From NCBI GenBank assembly GCA_964355855.1, contig CAYHFD010000003.1, forward strand, positions 11,487 to 59,552: a DNA stretch of 48,066 nt, read 5' to 3'. Shown here one piece after another: positions 1-6,936 of the stretch; position 1 is the first letter of the stretch, and each line of letters starts with the position of its first letter. The translations under genes and the position numbers were made by a program. Below the pieces are notes generated by a model. The model saw only the letters and a list, made by a program, of their open reading frames with translations, had not been told where the DNA came from and did not search any database. Source of the stretch: an uncultured Candidatus Saccharibacteria bacterium (lineage in GTDB: Bacteria > Patescibacteriota > Minisyncoccia > Phycocordibacterales > XYD1-FULL-46-19).

Positions 1-330
1 GACGGCTAGTTTGGCTGCCGTCACCGCTAGTTTGCGTCTCACTATCTCTTTTTCCTTAGCCGTCGCCGCTAGTTTCTCCGCCGTTGTGGCCAGCTTCGTC
101 GCTGTTATTAATAGCTTGCGTCTAACACTTTCTTTTTCTTTGGCCGTCGCCGCTAGCTTGCGTCTAACAATCTCCCTTTCTTTTGCTGTTACCGCCAGTT
201 TTTCAGCGGTGACGGCTAGTTTGGCTGCCGTCACCGCTAGTTTGCGTCTCACTATCTCTTTTTCCCCAGCTAAAATTTTGAGGTTAAAAATTATTTCATC
301 AGACACAGAAATAATAGCTTTTTTGTCCAT
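1..330 (-). CDS. Coiled-coil repeat protein, N-terminal part (runs off the left edge); possible signalling partner of the adjacent response regulator
   Basis: Reverse complement of 330..1 is open for all 110 codons. ATG at 330-328 lies 8 nt after the stop of the receiver gene on the same strand. Translation: MDKKAIISVSDEIIFNLKILAGEKEIVRRKLAVTAAKLAVTAEKLAVTAKEREIVRRKLAATAKEKE..., with charged KLAxTA / KEKEIVRRKL repeats. Not in the ORF track; the listed + ORF 11..334 looks like its low-complexity antisense shadow. Confidence 0.45.
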   Translation of the reverse strand, partial: MDKKAIISVSDEIIFNLKILAGEKEIVRRKLAVTAAKLAVTAEKLAVTAKEREIVRRKLAATAKEKESVRRKLLITATKLATTAEKLAATAKEKEIVRRKLAVTAAKLAV

Positions 331-338
331 ATAATATT

Positions 339-731
339 TTATTTTTCCAAGATTTCCTCAATTTTCTCTATGATCGAGTGGAGTTTCCAATCTGATTTGA
401 TCAAATAATAGGTTGAATTATGTGTCACCATATCTGTCATAAATCGTTCATTATTTGCGCTTAGATTTGTTAGGATAATAATCGGGACTTTCTCTCCCCA
501 GGTGTCTCCGCGAATCTCTTTAAAGGCAGCCATACCGTCCATCTCTGGCATAATTAGGTCAAGCAAAATAAGCTCAGGGTGTTCTTTCAGAGCTATTTCT
601 ACCCCTTCCTTGCCATTTTTTGCTGACAGTGGTATAAAATTTTTTAGTTCAAGGATATCCACTATCGCCTCACGAAGACTTCTTTCATCTTCTATTATGA
701 GTATTTTTTTGGCACTTTCATTTGGATTCAT
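339..731 (-). CDS. Stand-alone response regulator receiver domain (CheY-like)
   Basis: 130 aa. KILIIEDERSLREAI..., phospho-acceptor context ELILLDLIMPEMDG, PIIILT. No output domain. Confidence 0.9.
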   Translation of the reverse strand: MNPNESAKKILIIEDERSLREAIVDILELKNFIPLSAKNGKEGVEIALKEHPELILLDLIMPEMDGMAAFKEIRGDTWGEKVPIIILTNLSANNERFMTDMVTHNSTYYLIKSDWKLHSIIEKIEEILEK

Positions 732-928
732 ATCAGGTGGGAAAGGTTAAACAACAATGATTGTATAGTGTTTATGCCGTCTGGGGTTCCCATTCATTAC
801 AAGGGTGTTAAAATTGGTTGCCGGACCAACTTTATCCTAACTGGCTCTGTCGGTAAGACTAATGAGCGACTCTCACTTACACTTTTTGTCTCACTTGTCT
901 ATAATATTGTTTCAGAATAAAATTTAAA

Positions 929-961
929 CTTTTAAAAATATATTTTGCCAGAAAGGCAACC
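929..961 (-). terminator. Putative intrinsic terminator after the 414-aa membrane protein gene
   Basis: Minus strand reads GGTTGCC-TTTCT-GGCAA followed by AATATATTTTT, starting 16 nt after the stop at 977. Confidence 0.4.
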
Positions 962-976
962 TCATATATATAAAAA

Positions 977-2221
977 TTATTTTTTAGGAACATAGATTTG
1001 TAATGAATACCGATTTTTATCAGAACCAATTAAAACTAGAGACATGGCGCGAATTGCTTTTATATCAATCTTTGTTGAACATCTATCAAATACCAATTCC
1101 ATGTTACCCCCGGGTTGAAGTACTGGTTTATTTTTATCAAATCTCCTCCACTCATCAACATTAATAGTCCGCCCCAAGCTGGACAAAAGGCACATTGGAT
1201 AATTACTTATTTCTTTATCGATGGGAGTAAACACGACATCGGGCCAAATATTATAAGAAACAATTGTCGGATTTGTTAAACGTACAAGTACAGTATTTGT
1301 CTGCTCATTTATTTTAAATTCGCTCATGCCATCAACGCACGCATCTGTTATTTCATCACACAAAAGTGATGTTGGGGGTATATTATTAGAAACAACTTGC
1401 TTATTAGTTGATAACTTACATTTATTTATTTCCTCAGTTGAGCCTGCGCAAAAACAGGTTAGTGATAATTTAGATGTATTTGAACATAGAGGAATAGCTT
1501 CTCTTATAATACGATTGTATTTTTCTTCGTATAATTTAATCTCCTCATTATTACCTCGCGGATATCCTTCAATAGAAATATATATTATTTTAAAAGATTT
1601 TGTATCGTAATAAATTATCGGGTTGATGGCATTTATAGCTGCACGCGAATCATCCTTCGACAGATTTCCGATAGTGAGACATCCCGCCTGACGGAGATAA
1701 ACTGACGATCCATTAATACTATCAAGACTCACATCGCTCGAAGGACAGCTATTGTAATCTAAATCATTCTCATCTAAGACTGCCTGGGCATCAGATAGAA
1801 ACATTCCTAAATAAATATCCTTCCGAGAAACAAGTTCACTCAATTCAATATTGACTGCTTCGGCTATTCCTTGTACAAAATAGTTTTTCCATATAAAAGA
1901 AAGGCCCACCGCATATATGATAATAAGAATAGAGGCGATTGATATTTTAATGTAAGTCCTAACACTTCGAAGATAAAGGATTTTAAATATTACAAAAGCC
2001 AGAAAAAATTTCGCCACGAGCTGCAACCCCGTGCTTAACCAGTCGCCAAACATTACCAAAAAAAGCGATATGGGATGGGTAACGGGAAAAATAGAAAAAC
2101 CATACGAACAGCCCTCCCAACACGACGATAAAATATAAGGAGTAAATAAAAAAATAAAAATAAAAATACCAATGAAGATCAATATTTTATTGCGAATTTG
2201 GGCGTTTCGTATTAAATCCAT
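977..2221 (-). CDS. Hypothetical membrane protein (N-terminal TM helices, Cys-rich extracytoplasmic domain)
   Basis: 414-aa ORF. About 4 hydrophobic helices in the first 110 aa, then a polar domain with many Cys. No family recognised. Confidence 0.6.
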   Translation of the reverse strand: MDLIRNAQIRNKILIFIGIFIFIFLFTPYILSSCWEGCSYGFSIFPVTHPISLFLVMFGDWLSTGLQLVAKFFLAFVIFKILYLRSVRTYIKISIASILIIIYAVGLSFIWKNYFVQGIAEAVNIELSELVSRKDIYLGMFLSDAQAVLDENDLDYNSCPSSDVSLDSINGSSVYLRQAGCLTIGNLSKDDSRAAINAINPIIYYDTKSFKIIYISIEGYPRGNNEEIKLYEEKYNRIIREAIPLCSNTSKLSLTCFCAGSTEEINKCKLSTNKQVVSNNIPPTSLLCDEITDACVDGMSEFKINEQTNTVLVRLTNPTIVSYNIWPDVVFTPIDKEISNYPMCLLSSLGRTINVDEWRRFDKNKPVLQPGGNMELVFDRCSTKIDIKAIRAMSLVLIGSDKNRYSLQIYVPKK

Positions 2222-2365
2222 ATGGCTATTTTAACATAATTATGTGTTATAAAAAAATCAGAAAAGAAGAAAAAGAAGTGGAAAAAGGAAAAAAAGGGGT
2301 CAGCCATACTCCCCCGCCTACAAGAAGTGATTTATCTTGAGCTAGTCGAAAGAGGAAGTTGGGGT

Positions 2366-2404
2366 AAAAGAAAACCGCCCTCCAACGGTTTTCGTTGGGG
2401 GCGG
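2366..2404 (-). terminator. Cassette terminator T1 (13-bp GC stem, AAAA loop, TTTTCTTTT tail)
   Basis: Minus strand: CCCGCCCCCAACG-AAAA-CGTTGGAGGGCGGG then TTTTCTTTTACCCC, 5 nt after the stop of the 107-aa ORF. Homologous to T2. Confidence 0.6.
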
Positions 2405-2409
2405 GCTGA

Positions 2410-2733
2410 TTAAGAATGACGTTCGACTGCGCCCTCATTTTCAAACCAACCATGTTCATCCACACAGCCGATGAGACATACACATAGTTCTACATCATCG
2501 GAAGTCAGAAACACGGTGTCGATTTCTTTCAGGGCAGACGGATGTCCGATCGGAAGCACCTGCTCAACCAAAGCATCCCACCCCTGGCCATGGTACAAGC
2601 TAAAGCATACTACCTCACCAACATCTACTTCACCTACTCCTGGACGCCCGAGGTCTCTTGGTTCTACAACCTTAGAAAATCTAAGGTCACAACAATCAAT
2701 GATGATGAGCAGCAGTTTTTTTGTAACTTTCAC
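2410..2733 (-). CDS. Hypothetical 107-aa protein (cassette 1)
   Basis: GTG start preceded by GGAGAGGAGG at 7 nt spacing. GC-rich relative to neighbours. Bracketed by the shared leader and terminator modules. No family recognised from the sequence. Confidence 0.55.
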   Translation of the reverse strand: MKVTKKLLLIIIDCCDLRFSKVVEPRDLGRPGVGEVDVGEVVCFSLYHGQGWDALVEQVLPIGHPSALKEIDTVFLTSDDVELCVCLIGCVDEHGWFENEGAVERHS

Positions 2734-2768
2734 AGCGAACCTCCTCTCCGGTTGTTTCTAACCCATTC

Positions 2769-2825
2769 CTACCACACTTCTGTAAATTTGTTAACAATGG
2801 CTCCGTCACCCGCAGGAAGTGAGAA
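2769..2825 (-). promoter_or_regulatory. Shared cassette leader/promoter module L1
   Basis: Minus strand: TTCTCACTTCC-TGCGGGTGAC-GGAGCC-AT-TGTTAACAAATTTACAGAAGTGTGGTAGGAAT. TTAACA-N17-TAGGAA can be read as -35/-10. TGTTAACA is a perfect palindrome. Confidence 0.45.
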
Positions 2826-2830
2826 CTCAT

Positions 2831-3478
2831 TTACTTCTTCATTAAGATAAAGAAATGAGAATGCTTCTTTTTTAGTTTTGGAAAATAATTTGTTATTTGT
2901 TGTATTTTGATAAGAGAAAAATCTTTAATCAGCTCTAGGGCTTTTTCATAATCTACATAGGTATGAGGTACGTTCATTTCGGGACCTTCGGTCTTTATTA
3001 AAGTAAAATCATCTATTCTGTTTTCTTTATACTTTTCCCAGGAGTCTGTTTCTTTTGAGGTAAGGGTTATAAATGCTTCGCCCCCTGGTTTCAGTACTTT
3101 GTGGACATTTTTTAATGTTTTTTCCAAACCATTAAGATCAGCATGATGAACGGTATACATAGAAAGTACAGCGTCAAAAGACTCTTCTTCGTAGGGAAGA
3201 TCTAACATATCTCCAACTTGGATATCAATTGGCAGTTCTAAATCTCTTACTTTTTCTTTAAATGTATCAACACCGTCCTGTGCCAAATCAAAGGCGCTCA
3301 CATCAAAACCTTGATTTGCTAAAAAAATTGAGTGCCTACCGGTGCCACATCCAAGATCTAAAACAGTATTAACTTTCTGTTCTTTCCATCTTTTTATAAC
3401 GAGAATCACTTGTTCATCAGGTGTTTCCCAGTATGGGTTACTCACTTTATTCCAAATCCAGGGTTTTGATTCGATCAT
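2831..3478 (-). CDS. Class I SAM-dependent methyltransferase
   Basis: Motif I VLDLGCGTGRHSIFLANQGFDVSAFDL; motif post-II DAVLSMYTVHH; 215 aa. Confidence 0.85.
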   Translation of the reverse strand: MIESKPWIWNKVSNPYWETPDEQVILVIKRWKEQKVNTVLDLGCGTGRHSIFLANQGFDVSAFDLAQDGVDTFKEKVRDLELPIDIQVGDMLDLPYEEESFDAVLSMYTVHHADLNGLEKTLKNVHKVLKPGGEAFITLTSKETDSWEKYKENRIDDFTLIKTEGPEMNVPHTYVDYEKALELIKDFSLIKIQQITNYFPKLKKKHSHFFILMKK

Positions 3479-3513
3479 GTGACTTATAGTATCTCATTGT
3501 AGTTATAAAAAGT

Positions 3514-3552
3514 CTCGAGCTCCGCGGGCTCGAGGAAGTGAGGAAGTTGGGT
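3514..3552 (-). repeat. Partial copy of the cassette flank module plus GC hairpin (terminator-like) after the hydrolase gene
   Basis: Minus strand: ACCCAACTTCCTCACTTCC then CTCGAGC-CCGCGGA-GCTCGAG then ACTTTTTAT. The CCAACTTyCTCACTTCC string recurs at 6064-6084 and partly at 2351-2364. Confidence 0.45.
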
Positions 3553-3565
3553 TATACTAAAAAAA

Positions 3566-4159
3566 TTATGACTTGATATTTCCCACCAATTTAGGGAAAT
3601 CGTTCTGTAGGAAGTGACCTTTGTCTTCAAAAGAAACAAGGGTGGCATCAGGCAAATTCCTTTTATATTTATGCACATCAGCATATGGAACCGAGGTGTC
3701 ATCTTGGCTGTGATATAAATATATCTCGCCTGCTTGCTTCCTCAGCCCCTCCAGACTTTCGGTCAAAGCAAAGTCAGCCAGTGATTCATCGCAATCAACA
3801 TCGTCATAAGGAGCGACCACCAAGTGAACAGATTTTATTTTCTTCGGGAAATCATTTTCCGATAGATATTTAGTTAAAAATATCCCACCGAGCGAATGCC
3901 CTACCAGAATCACTTCATCACGCAAAAGTGGAAACAATTTTTCAAACCAAATCTTCCACTCTTCGTAGCGAGCATTTTTGGCATTTGGCATTTTAGGGTA
4001 TATCACTTCAAACTCAGGCAAGGCTTCACCGAGATTATCCTTCCAGTCCTTTCGATTGAGCTTTTCTAGGGTTATCTCGCAGGAATTTAGATACTCCATA
4101 TACTCCTCGTAGGTTTCGAAGGTGGTACCACCGTGAATTAATACAATTTGTGATTTCAT
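3566..4159 (-). CDS. Alpha/beta hydrolase (YdeN/RBBP9-like serine hydrolase)
   Basis: 197 aa. Nucleophile elbow ILVGHSLGG. Size and layout fit the small COG3545-type esterases. Confidence 0.7.
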   Translation of the reverse strand: MKSQIVLIHGGTTFETYEEYMEYLNSCEITLEKLNRKDWKDNLGEALPEFEVIYPKMPNAKNARYEEWKIWFEKLFPLLRDEVILVGHSLGGIFLTKYLSENDFPKKIKSVHLVVAPYDDVDCDESLADFALTESLEGLRKQAGEIYLYHSQDDTSVPYADVHKYKRNLPDATLVSFEDKGHFLQNDFPKLVGNIKS

Positions 4160-4161
4160 AA

Positions 4162-4695
4162 TTAAATTTTAGCTAAAAGATCTAGTAACTCTGGCTCCAC
4201 TATTCCTGGCACAAAGTGTGATTTTTCTTCCTCGGTCAAGTTCTGCAACCTTCCAAGTGGCCAAACTTCAAAACCTTGGGATTTACCCTCCTCTATCTTA
4301 AGGTCAGCCAAGTTTCCATTGTAGATATATACAAATTGCTTTTTGAAAGTATTGTTTATTTTACCACTAACAAGGTCATCTGATTTAAGTCTGATTTTTC
4401 TTAAAAACTTTAAATCCTCCATTTTAGCCTTAATACCAGTCTCCTCCTCCATCTCCTTCAAAGCCGTGTCTTCATAGTTCATACCCAAATCGACATGGCC
4501 ACCCACAGTCGCATCCAGCATGTCTGGAAAGGTATCTTTGTCTTTAGCTCTAAGCTGAAGAATTAGCTCCTTATTGGGCGTCAAAAACCAGACATGAGTT
4601 TCGCGGTGCAGGAGCCCCTCTTTGTGTATTTTTCCCCTTGCCTCCTCCCCGATTATTTCGTCGTTTTCATCGACAATGTTTAGTTTTTCTTCCAT
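4162..4695 (-). CDS. NUDIX hydrolase
   Basis: Nudix box GGHVDLGMNYEDTALKEMEEETGIK. 177 aa. Its stop is 2 nt from the start of the hydrolase gene. Confidence 0.85.
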   Translation of the reverse strand: MEEKLNIVDENDEIIGEEARGKIHKEGLLHRETHVWFLTPNKELILQLRAKDKDTFPDMLDATVGGHVDLGMNYEDTALKEMEEETGIKAKMEDLKFLRKIRLKSDDLVSGKINNTFKKQFVYIYNGNLADLKIEEGKSQGFEVWPLGRLQNLTEEEKSHFVPGIVEPELLDLLAKI

Positions 4696-4733
4696 ACCAA
4701 AACTCTAGCAGTTTAGAGCCAAAAAGTCATTCG

Positions 4734-4769
4734 TGTAAATTTGTTAACACGCGGCTCCCCCGGGCGGGG
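4734..4769 (-). promoter_or_regulatory. Truncated leader module L4 in front of the Nudix gene
   Basis: Minus strand: CCCCGCCCGGGGGAGCC-GCG-TGTTAACAAATTTACA, fused directly to terminator T2. TTTACA-N18-TAAACT is a possible promoter. It lacks the GAGGTGTGGTAG part of L1-L3. Confidence 0.4.
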
Positions 4770-4771
4770 GT

Positions 4772-4811
4772 AAAAGAAAACCGCCCTCCCACGGTCTTCC
4801 GTTGGGGGCGG
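4772..4811 (-). terminator. Cassette terminator T2
   Basis: Minus strand: CCGCCCCCAACGG-AAGA-CCGTGGGAGGGCGG then TTTTCTTTTACCCC, 15 nt after the stop of the NDT-like ORF. Confidence 0.6.
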
Positions 4812-4826
4812 ACGAAAGAAACAACC

Positions 4827-5309
4827 CTAACAGGAAGAGACCGCCTCGTGGATTTTACTTGCCAATTCGTGATAATAACCCACAAACTCTTCCAAGGTGA
4901 TAGCAAAACATGGAAAGTAGATGAAGATCGTACCATCTTGTTGGAGCATGGCGTTCAATCCTACCTCCCGCTCAACCGCGGTCCGAAAATCTGTGCGGTA
5001 CAGAAGAGCTCGGCCGGTCGCAGTCATAGCGTGGCCATATTCAACGCAAGTCCCACTATCGGCATCTGCTCCATCGGCACACCCGACATATAAATTATCG
5101 GAATTCTCGGACGCCGCGCGACAATCTCTCACTATCCCCTTTACGTCAAACGTAAAATCGGTGGGATTTTGAAACTTAAGGGCCTCACGCTGGGGCACAA
5201 TGACATTGTGCCCCAAACGTAGCAAGTGTTCCTCCAAGTGCATGATATGCTGACGTTCCCCGGCATTAAACAGGCCCCCTGCCAAATATAAATTCAACAT
5301 TCGTCTCAC
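4827..5309 (-). CDS. Nucleoside 2-deoxyribosyltransferase-like protein (cassette 2)
   Basis: N-terminal LYLAGGLFNAGER and DADSGTCVEYGHA match the NDT family signatures (xYLAGPxF ... DxGTxxExG). AAAGGAGGTG SD lies 6 nt before the ATG. Confidence 0.8.
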   Translation of the reverse strand: MRRMLNLYLAGGLFNAGERQHIMHLEEHLLRLGHNVIVPQREALKFQNPTDFTFDVKGIVRDCRAASENSDNLYVGCADGADADSGTCVEYGHAMTATGRALLYRTDFRTAVEREVGLNAMLQQDGTIFIYFPCFAITLEEFVGYYHELASKIHEAVSSC

Positions 5310-5338
5310 CTCCTTTCAAGGTTTTGTCTAACTAACCT

Positions 5339-5396
5339 CTACCACACCTCTGTAAATTTGTTAACACGAGGCTCCCCCACCTACGGGAAGTGAGAA
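5339..5396 (-). promoter_or_regulatory. Shared cassette leader/promoter module L2
   Basis: Minus strand: TTCTCACTTCC-CGTAGGTG-GGGGAGCC-TCG-TGTTAACAAATTTACAGAGGTGTGGTAGAGG. Confidence 0.45.
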
Positions 5397-5453
5397 TTTT
5401 GACTCAAAAGAACCTCTTCCATAAACCTTCGAAAATCATGTTAAAATGACTTT

Positions 5454-5939
5454 GTGACTAAAACGAACATTTATATTGACGGAAACAATTTATATCGCGG
5501 AGCCAAAGAGCTTGGTTTCGAAATTGATTACAAAAAATTTTATGGTTGGCTTCGACAAAAATATAGCACTACTAATATATATCTTTTTATCGGTCTCGTT
5601 CCCACGAGAACCAAGTTTTATGAATATCTTCAAGAATGTGGTTTTATTCTGGTTTTCAAACAAACTGTCTCCGTCGGCGGAGTAGTTAAGGGTAATTGCG
5701 ATGCCGAACTGGTATTGAAAACTGTTTCTGATTTTTATACCAAAGCGTTTAATAAATGTATTCTTATTTCTGGTGATGGAGACTTTGGTTGTTTAGTGAA
5801 ATTTTTAAATGATAACTCTGTTTTAGATCGAATTATTTCACCCGATGAAAATAAGTGTTCAATTTTATTAAGAAATAAAAATACGGAGATTACTTTTCTC
5901 AACGAACACTATCACAAATTTTCTAAAAGATTATCTTAA
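5454..5939 (+). CDS. NYN/LabA-like (PIN-related) nuclease domain protein
   Basis: IYIDGNNLY ... ILISGDGDFGCLV are the acidic motifs of NYN/LabA proteins. GTG start 6 nt after TAAAAT (5442-5447). Confidence 0.8.
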   Translation: MTKTNIYIDGNNLYRGAKELGFEIDYKKFYGWLRQKYSTTNIYLFIGLVPTRTKFYEYLQECGFILVFKQTVSVGGVVKGNCDAELVLKTVSDFYTKAFNKCILISGDGDFGCLVKFLNDNSVLDRIISPDENKCSILLRNKNTEITFLNEHYHKFSKRLS

Positions 5940-6013
5940 GTTAATACCCCAAAAAGAAAAAGCCCCCGATGCAGACGTATCTACATAAGGGTCTTTTCCA
6001 TAGTTATGCTTAT

Positions 6014-6042
6014 ATGATATGGCTTTCAGATAAAATTGTCAA
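6014..6042 (-). promoter_or_regulatory. Orphan consensus-like promoter (leader-module variant L5) pointing into the 3' end of the NYN gene
   Basis: Minus strand: TGTTGACA-ATTTTATCTGAAAGCCA-TATCAT (TTGACA-N17-TATCAT), directly after the T3 flank CTCACTTCC. Only a 6-codon ORF follows, then the hairpin ATGTAGA-TACG-TCTGCAT and a T-rich run. Confidence 0.4.
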
Positions 6043-6083
6043 CAGGTACTTCCGCCGGCTCGAGGAAGTGAGAAAGTTGGGGT

Positions 6084-6122
6084 AAAAGAAAACCGCCGTT
6101 CGGGATGGGACCGATACGGCGG
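6084..6122 (-). terminator. Cassette terminator T3
   Basis: Minus strand: CCGCCGT-ATCGG..CCCGAA-CGGCGG hairpin, then the same TTTTCTTTTACCCCAACTTTCTCACTTCC tail as T1. It starts 23 nt after the stop. Confidence 0.55.
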
Positions 6123-6145
6123 TAAATAGTGATTCGGGTACGAAC

Positions 6146-6840
6146 CTACCTTGACCCAGGACAGGGGTAAACCAAACGGCCCAGACCGCCAGGTACTTTG
6201 TCGGCCGCCCCGCAATTCTCGCAGACGAGGTCGCACACCGACGAGTCAGAATACCGCGTCTGATGGCTTGGGTGGACTTTGTCCAAATCCTTATGGAACC
6301 AGCGAGAAATTTCCTGATCATACTTCGCTGTGTGCTTGAAAACCATGGCCGCGAACGCCCGTCGTGTTTCAAGTAGGGTGTCTCCATAGTGGAGGATCTC
6401 GGCAATCACCAAGTCGTAATACTCGGGATCACACACCACCGTCACCAACTCATAGTTCTTCGCCGCGGCGCGAAGAAGGGAGGGACCGCCAATGTCGATC
6501 TGCTCGATCTCCGGCTTACCCTGGAAATCGTAGAGATTGACGATGACCAGGTCGATCGTCTCAATCCCTCGCTCCGCGATTACTCGCAGGTGTTCGGGCT
6601 TTTTTCGGTCGGCCAAGATTCCCCCAAAAACGTGCGGATGAAGGGTCTTCAGTCGACCTCCATCATCTCCGGAAAGCCGGTTACGTTCTCAATACCAACA
6701 CAACGTACACCAGCCTGATCCAGGGCGGTCGCCGTCCCACCCGTCGACATCACGCCCCAGCCAGCATCGGCGAGGGTCTTTAACTTGTGAAGATCTGTTT
6801 TATTGGTGACAGACACCAACATCCTTCTCTGCTCTAACAT
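6146..6840 (-). pseudogene. Stand-alone PurH N-terminal (MGS-like / IMP cyclohydrolase) domain gene, interrupted by a 1-nt frameshift (cassette 3)
   Basis: SVTNKTD, STGGTA, FPEMME|GRLKTLHP, GGIL, VIVNLYDF and IDIGGPSLLRAAAKN are collinear with the PurH IMP-cyclohydrolase domain. The frame breaks between MME and GRLK at 6659-6660. There is no AICAR-transformylase domain. The C-terminal tail has CxxC...C. Confidence 0.8.
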
Positions 6841-6891
6841 AACCCGTTCCTTTCTTTTTGCGTGTTCACGGTAGATACTCCAAACAAACTA

Positions 6892-6935
6892 CTACCACAC
6901 CTCTGTTGATTTGTTAACACCTGGCTCCCGGCAGG
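6892..6935 (-). promoter_or_regulatory. Shared cassette leader/promoter module L3
   Basis: Minus strand: GATCCTGCCGGGAGCC-AGG-TGTTAACAAATCAACAGAGGTGTGGTAGTAG. The first 16 nt are a decayed copy of the tRNA-Asn 3' end. Confidence 0.45.
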
Positions 6936-6936
6936 A

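Noticed and set aside
1-330. Tandem repeats as a possible CRISPR array
   Set aside because: There is no alternation of constant repeats with unique spacers. The units are degenerate, in frame (210-nt exact period) and translate into a heptad-like protein.
11-334. Listed + strand ORF (107 aa, MAAVTASLRLTISFS...)
   Set aside because: It is a low-complexity Ser/Leu/Ala translation of a repeat that is also open on the minus strand. The minus frame has an ATG 8 nt after the co-directional receiver gene and gives a plausible charged coiled coil. I treat the + ORF as an antisense shadow.
733-976. Possible riboswitch in the 245-nt spacer upstream of the response regulator
   Set aside because: Beyond the upstream gene's terminator hairpin, I could not match it to any riboswitch core I know (c-di-GMP, preQ1, SAM, TPP). 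It is left unannotated.
3514-3540. CTCGAG-GAGCTC-CCGCGG-CTCGAG cluster (XhoI/SacI/SacII sites) as a cloning-vector polylinker or synthetic insert
   Set aside because: It is simply a GC-rich palindromic hairpin (CTCGAGC-CCGCGGA-GCTCGAG) embedded in the native flank-repeat family. Similar flanks occur at 6057-6084 with a different hairpin.
2247-6405. Small ORFs overlapping the cassette flanks (2247-2483, 2471-2761, 2542-2850, 4638-5093, 4727-4936, 6010-6405, 6039-6236, 6151-6339)
   Set aside because: They run through terminator hairpins or antisense to better-supported genes. They have no start-site signals and give biased, Arg/Pro/Ser-rich translations.
2352-6935. Cassette array as a classical integron
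   Set aside because: No intI gene or attI is visible. The cassettes carry their own promoter-like modules and intrinsic terminators instead of attC sites. GTTRRRY cores are not consistently present.
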